Shown in pieces: positions 57,491-64,000 of a stretch of DNA of 64,000 nt; position 1 is the first letter of the stretch; each line of letters starts with the position of its first letter. A program made the translations under genes and the position numbers. Location: assembly GCA_000708835.1 (NCBI GenBank), contig DF237386.1:1-64000 (forward strand), read 5' to 3'. The notes beneath the pieces were generated by a model that was given only the letters and a program-made list of their open reading frames with translations, made no database searches and was not told the DNA's origin. This stretch comes from Klebsormidium nitens (Eukaryota > Plantae > Klebsormidiophyceae).

Positions 57491-60400
57491 TCACAGCTGT
57501 GGGCAGGTCTGGTGCAGTCGTCGAAGCGCATCCCACGCTCTAAACGCACTCCCTTGCGCGCCGTAGAACCGCTCATCGCAGCCCGCGTGGATGACTTCCA
57601 CGTGGCGCTCCGCCGTCGCTTTCCGCCATTCGCGTTCCGTTATGGTTCCGTCGATTATGGTCAGAAACGCGTGCAAACCCGGGGTTACGGGCCAGGTCGT
57701 TCCGCTCTTCCGGAGCGTTCCGTAGGCCTCTGACACGGCGGAAGGAGCGAACAACCGGACGCTTGGGCGAGGGCAATGAGTGGAGGTAAAGGAGAAAGGG
57801 GTCGCCGGTTACGATCTCTCGCTTCGCATTGACGATGCTGGTTTGGAGGATGACCCACGCTTCCGGCGCGGTTCCGGTGCCGTGCCGCCGGAACGCCCAC
57901 GGACCGCCGGATCGGGACTCGTCGATCCACCTTGAAGAAATCACAAAAGGTGACGTTTGATTTGGGCTCTCCTCGCGAGACGGTGATGCCTACTGCTCCT
58001 TGTAGGTTGCACAAATGTTAAACGTGTACCGGTCTAGCTCAAGCCGATCGCTAAGCGTGCGTTCTTTGACCTTTAACCCCTTATAGATTGCACAAAGTGA
58101 AAGCGCAAGTGGCTCCGCCTTCCTGAGCTTCCTGGGTGATTGCTGTTGGTGATCTTCAGAGTAAGAATTTGATGCTTCCAGTAGCTGTCATAGTGTCTGG
58201 AAATATTGACTGAAGGCAGCAGATATTATTCGTGGGTAGCTTTTGTCTAGATGCCTCGCTGTCCGCCCTTGTTCCACTGGGGGCATCTACGGTCTCTGCA
58301 AAACGTCGGAAGGTATCTGCTATCTCATAAGGTGCCCAGAAACTTTATGATCAAAAATGCATTGCGTCCTCATTCTTGACGTCTTCGAACCCTATCCGAC
58401 AGTGGGATCAAGCTTCCTGCTTGTATGTACGATTAGAGAGACACGCCTCCGTCAGTTTGCCTTTAGGAGAACAGCAGAAAGAAGCCCACCTTTGCACGTC
58501 GCCGGCATTGACGCTTCCTTCAACCCGGTGAATCTCGAAATGGGTGGAGGGAACCTTCAGGATAAGTTCCTTATACGCCGTCAAGTCGCTTAGGGGCCCG
58601 ATCAGATCGTCCAACAAGCAGAAGTCCTCCTCTAAGAATCGCTTCGCTCTCAGCTTTTCCACGATTACGCCCACGTCTCGTTCCAGTTTGTCTTTGTAGA
58701 CTGGAGGCGAGACGGTGTGAAGCAAGTCGCTGGTCAAAAGGCCGCTTTTCTCCTGCATGCAAGAGGAAGAATATTTTTGCGCGCATCGTTCTTGACGGGA
58801 TCGAAGCGGCCGTAAGATGCCTGAGAACGGCTGCCAAGCTGTGCCAAGGCCCGAAGATTTGGAAGATTGGTCAAGCTATCGAGGTTATGACCTGCAAGTC
58901 GCTTGCTAAGGCAGGAGCTGTCGCAGCCGCGAATCAATTTGTTCCTCATCGGGCGATTTTACATTGATACCTTTTGCGCTGCACAGTTCAGCAATCTGAA
59001 TTGCAGAGCCGCTTAGTTAAGACTCACCATCAGAGCGTGTACCGCAAGCGGACACACCCTGACCAGCTGCGGATGTAAATACGCATTTGCTGAGGGCTCA
59101 TGACGGTCCCCGCACCACAGGTCGGTTCTCCGGCGGGTAACCGCGAAGCGCGCGTCAATCAAAGAAATCAACCCCGCGCATTCCAGGTCCTCCCATTTCA
59201 GGCCCTCTTCGGCGCCGCGCAGAATTGTCTTCTTTCTGTAAATGCGCGCTTCAACCGCGCTGTAGCTGAAAACGGTCCGCAGGAGCTCCGCTGCGGGGCC
59301 CGGTTCCGTAGGGAGGTTCCGGAGCGGAAGTTCCGCAGCAGAAAGTTGGCGCGCGGCCGCGGCGGCGAGGCGCGCGGCCGCGTCGGGGAGGTCGCGCCCG
59401 CGGGAGGACCAGAATCTCAAAAGCCCCTCGACTGCATCATGAGGAAATCCAACTGTAACAAAATGGGGTTTCTAAGACACGGTAGCCCCTTGAATCTTTC
59501 CTCAAACGCTAACGGTGTCCACCACAACTTGTGCTGGCGAGGCTCTGGCGCAGATGACATACTCGAGAGAGATAATAATAAGCCTGGACATAAATATGAT
59601 CCAACTAACTCAAAAATTCCTAACCCCTAAACACTACCTGCTCCGCACCGGTGCCCACCTAGCGCCCAAAGTAACCCTATCCTTATTATTATCTTGGCTT
59701 ATTACTCTTTGTCTTGAGTTCGATGCAGAAAACGCGTGCTAGCCATTCTACGGCTAGAAGAACCCTAATCTTTTAGCTGTCCCGTACGCAGTTCTTAGAC
59801 AAAGGCGAAGAACGATTTTGATTCACGTAACTCACCATGCTAAAGAGGGAAAAGTGAAGGAGACGTAGCACCTCACCATCTAAAATGTTTTCCTTCCCGT
59901 CGCCTCCGCTCATGCAGACCAGTGCGAGCTCGAGCAGACCAGGGTCACCCTGAACTAGATCGAGGATGACGTCGACGTGTTTGGGGATGGTCCGGAAACG
60001 CCGTCCGCCGATGCGTTGGACGAAGTCGAGAACGATGTACGACACGTCTTCCTGTGAAACCGTAGAGTGAGAACATTCAACTTTCCTTCTCTTTCAGATA
60101 TTGAAGGCTTGAGGATCGTTCAAATTGCGAAGAGCACAGCAGGGAGGTAACTTTCAGGGGGCAGTATCCACCCAAAGGGTTTCTTTTGATGGTAGCGAGT
60201 CACGCTTTGATCAATAATTGAAGGCTTGAGGATCCTGCTTTAGAGGCCCCAAGTAAGCCCGTCTCGGAAAGTCTTCAAGCTGAAACCTTCGAGGAAAAAA
60301 GAGAGGATATTCATCAAACAGAGGGAACGAGGGAACGAGCGAACGAGCAAACAATCAGAAAGGAGTGGATGAGAAATGGATAGAAGATACTTGAGATTCT

Positions 60401-63051
60401 GTCCATGCAGTTGCGATAACAAGACAGCGCAATTACCTTGGAGAGCAGCGGAAGCGGAATCGTCTTGGACTTCGCATCGTTGCGCTGGCCGAGATCCGCC
60501 ATCCCGACCCTGAGCCGACAAGAAAGAAAGTTGAAAAAGGGACTTCTCTTTCGGGAAAACAATTGAAAGGTGCTCTTTCAAGACTGCCCAGATGACGAAA
60601 GAGTTTTTGATTTCTTTTGGCGGAAAGTGAGCACTCCTCACACTCCGGCAGCGAGCGGAGCTTTTGCACGTGCAGAGATTGATCAATATCGCAAGTGCCA
60701 ACTTTAGGATCAAATACGACGCTCACGGAGAGAACGTCATATGCATCTATCACGTCAGATAAGGACCACTAGATTATAAAGGCGGTGGGTAGAGAAGCCA
60801 GCTACTCTCCCGTATGGATTCAACGACTGGAATCAGATGTTTTCCAGCGAATCGGATGTGACGCGTGGCACTTCACCGTTCGCCCCCGTATACCAACGCC
60901 GTAAAATGCGCGTGCTCGCGCGTAGCCGCGCCCCCCTTGAGCAGTTGCCTATCGAAGATGACGTAGTCAGTGTACGCGCGCATCATTTCCTTAGCAAAAG
61001 TTTGGTCCTCCACGTGTGCATTGTCCCAACAGAAAACGACCATTCCTGGGGTGTCGGGGGACAGGCCCGAGCACTGCCAGATGAACCGGAAGACGTCTCG
61101 CGGCTCTAGTTGTCGGAGAAGCCCGGAGGCGCGGTCGCAGAAGAAGCGCAGGAAGTCGGGGTAAGAACCCCACGGCCCAGTGCCTAAAAGACGAGGAGAA
61201 ACTTTTGGAAAACAAAGGCAGAGATGAAAAGAAAGCGTTTTGGATAAGATTTGGATGGACAAACATTGGTGTGAGTACGCTGAATCTTAACAGAGTTGAG
61301 GCAGGGGATCCCTCCTCCAATCATTCACTGAAGGACACAGTCCGATCCCGCGCTGCATAATTTGACGTGGACGCATTGACGAAGGGACACCGACGAAAGC
61401 GGTGAAGTCCTGGCTAATGTAAGGCCCGTCCGTCTCTACCGGCATTCGCGTGGGCGTTTTGCGCTGTCAGCAGAGAGTTGCAACCGGTTCTTATCTTTAC
61501 CAAGCTTCTCAGTATCGGGACTTCCGGACGTGTGACTGAACAAAACAACAAGCCCGCCAAAGAAGTGCTTACTTCTGACGGCCGCGTAAAGCATCCGAGC
61601 GGCCAGCACGTGGCACCCGATATACCCGCACACGTCACGTTCTTCGGAAGTGGGCCGATCGTCTGGCATTTGAAACAAAAGCCGCTTTTCCAACATAACC
61701 TCCAGTCGTCCCTGAAAGAGCTCCACGTCCCGAGGAGAGTCCAAGTGACGGCGCCAAAATTCTCTCGACCCCAACAGGGCTTTCAGCCAGAGTGTGAATG
61801 CTCCGGGGGAGCGCGTTTCCATAAGCCGGCGGCGCGTATGGAGCAGGGAATGGAGCTCGCGGAAGAAGGTGGTTTTGCCGAGGCCGGCCGCGGCGACCGC
61901 GAACTGGAACTGCGTTTCTCTGTCAACAGACAAGGGGATTTAGAAGGCAGTTTTACGCAGAATTACGAACAGACTTATGTTTATGTCGAAAAAGGAAAGC
62001 CTGCGGACTGAGTTCTGACCAAGCACCTTGAAAGAGTAGCTACCGGTTGATTCGAGCCTCTCGCTTTCTGCAGATTTCACTTGGATTACAGACCGGTTAT
62101 CAGCTCTCTCGAGGAGATCCTCTTCGTTCGAATCCGTCCAGTCAGATCTGGCTCTTTTCCGTTTCCTTCTCTTAATTATAACACGCACTCGGTTTCGTTG
62201 TCAATTCGCATGGAGAGCGCAATCTGACTCTCAGATTTGTCCAGACGTTTGGATTCCAGAGCTTCGTATAGACGGGCTTTAAGGGCTCCATAAACCGCCG
62301 AAGCTGGATGTCTCACCCCCTAAGGTGTTCCATCATACTTCCCATATTGACGCCCTTTTTTCCGATCGTACACGTTTCAAAGAACCGAAACGATGCGTAG
62401 ACGTCAGCCAGGTTCTCGATGAAGCAGTCGACTGTCGCGTCCCGCCCGCTTATGGCAAAGTACCGGCCCGGCGACTCGACCAGTTTTGGGGCGACAGAAT
62501 CACCGTCTTTGCCAGCGATTCGGTCGCTGCGAAGAGCCTCGGAACGAGAATTTTCGGCGGGCCTGAAGAACCGCCCAAAGAGGCTCTGTAATGTCTCGTC
62601 GGGATTGTCGGGAGGTAGGATCCCTGGAAGCAGAGTAGTACGTCGTTTCTTTCTAGACCATAACGAAGTAGAAAGCGGTGAAAGCTTTCCATACGACTAA
62701 CCTTAAGTGGTTACTCTAAATAGAGGACGAAGCACGACGTAACGGGCTGCTTATCTTCGATTGCTAAACGACGCTGCCCCTGAATAATGCAAAGAGCACC
62801 ACGATTTAGCCCAATGTTAAGAGGAAGGTCGCGGTTTAGTCTGACAGGCATTGAATGCTCTAGAGACGGCGCGGTTCTTTACCTGCGGCAACTGCAGCCG
62901 CTTCCAATCTGCTGGTCGGAACAGCCAGATCTTCGGGAATCGGTGAATCTATGTAATTGAGTTTGCTTCGGAGCATGTAAAGCTCTTTCCGGAGAGTGTC
63001 ATATAACCTCCAGCGGTCCTCGAAGCTGAGCTCGTACAACCTCGGAAAGAG
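57491..63051 (-). CDS. Crinkler (CRN)-like P-loop NTPase + restriction-endonuclease-fold protein; 5' end unresolved, 3' end needs a frameshift or a small intron
   Basis: Phase-consistent exons 63051-62883, 62623-62317, 61919-61501, 61183-60894, 60768-60644, 60509-60437, 60051-59877, 59452-59028, 58752-58490, 57930-(57859/57761)-57491. Motifs: YFAISGRD; Walker A AVAAAGLGKTTF; LAARMLYAA; Walker B MVVFCWDNAH; TIPLPLLS; VQGDPGLLELAL; WEDLECAGLI; KLERDVGVIVEKLR; GTGTAPEA; VEVIHAGCDERFYG. Order and spacing resemble CRN NTPase-REase proteins (recognised from memory, not from a database search). Confidence 0.65.
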
Positions 63052-64000
63052 CTGCAAAATAAACTTAACTTGTTGTTTTCATGGCTAGCTTTTGGTCACT
63101 TTGACCTGAAGCCAGGTGTCGAGAAGCATATGCTCGCCACGTCTTTTTGTTCAGGTCTGCTGCACTGTTTACGAAGGTTACTTGTTCTGATTCTGATACG
63201 TTCGGAAGATAATCAACAGGCAGTCGTGATGAAGGTTTCTAACCGCTTGACGTCCTTTTAACGAATCCTGAGGCAGTGGCAGAGCTGATGTGACGACTTT
63301 CCGCGATTACTTTCAGAAAGCAATTCACTCCGGGCTGCGTCAAAGCCTACCAAGTATGATTGCCTCGGGCTATTAACTAGATCGAGCAGATAGGCCGCGA
63401 GGAATTCGCCTGCTCATCTGGAAATTCTACGAGTGCACCCATTGCTCACTTTCGCGGCGGGCAAACTGACTTGCGACTCTTCTTGGTCTGAAGCGCTGTT
63501 TGCCTGCCAAAGAGGGAGAAACGTTTTCTCGAAAGAGGCGCTGGATCGTAAGTAAAGGCTTACGATACATGGAACGGACAGAACAAAGCCTTTACAAAGT
63601 CCTTTTCGATCTGCAAGTCCGGGGATTCCCGGTGACTACAACGGCCCTACTGACGGAGAGCTCTGCTGGCCTGTCCGATGAGGTGTTTAAGTGCCCAGAC
63701 ACAGGTGCAAAGTACAATCAAAATCATTGCCTCGTCGAGTCGGAAAGGAAGACGACGGGTCAATGCCGCCAAACTCTTTGAAGATCTTATTGTCCTTCTA
63801 CCTATGTTCGCATGCTGCCGGGAGAATGCAAAGCTGGCCCCAGTCAGTTAGAGCTCGTTGATTGCCCTTCTACTGCAGATCTGATGTCGAGTACGCGTTG
63901 GATTACTAAAGGTCATTGTGAAAAGGCCGAGTCTCATTTCCGCCACTGAGGATCTGCTTTCAAGTGGGTCGAGTCCCCTTAAAACCACACTGAGTTGTGA

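Noticed and set aside
63500-63781. 93-aa plus-strand ORF as a separate gene
   Set aside because: No recognisable motif or splice support; may be antisense to unresolved 5' exons of the Crinkler-like gene.

Overview
This is intron-rich eukaryotic nuclear DNA, probably from a streptophyte green alga (Klebsormidium-like; inferred from plant-type proteins and GT-AG intron style, not proven). Seven multi-exon or single-exon genes can be reconstructed by hand. They are a C-terminally extended phytocystatin (-), 40S ribosomal protein S7 (+) hosting two tandem box C/D snoRNAs in intron 1, a 6TM CNBD K+ channel (+), a single-exon F-box/LRR gene (-), the SNF2 helicase CSB/ERCC6 (+), a CYP711-clan-like P450 (-), and a Crinkler-like P-loop NTPase + restriction-endonuclease-fold gene (-). 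The most striking unexplained structure is tandem duplication of exon-intron junctions. Four of the genes carry arrays of decayed copies of their own splice acceptors or donors plus exon ends. Across 28 hand-measured unit lengths (including the snoRNA duplication) the range is 119-190 bp and the median about 148 bp, i.e. nucleosome-sized. Other notable items are a 30-nt P450 micro-exon carrying the heme cysteine enclosed by 163-bp inverted repeats, a plastid-type 16S rRNA fragment in an intron, a TA-flanked MITE, and several TE relics. All exon coordinates were read manually and need RNA-seq confirmation.
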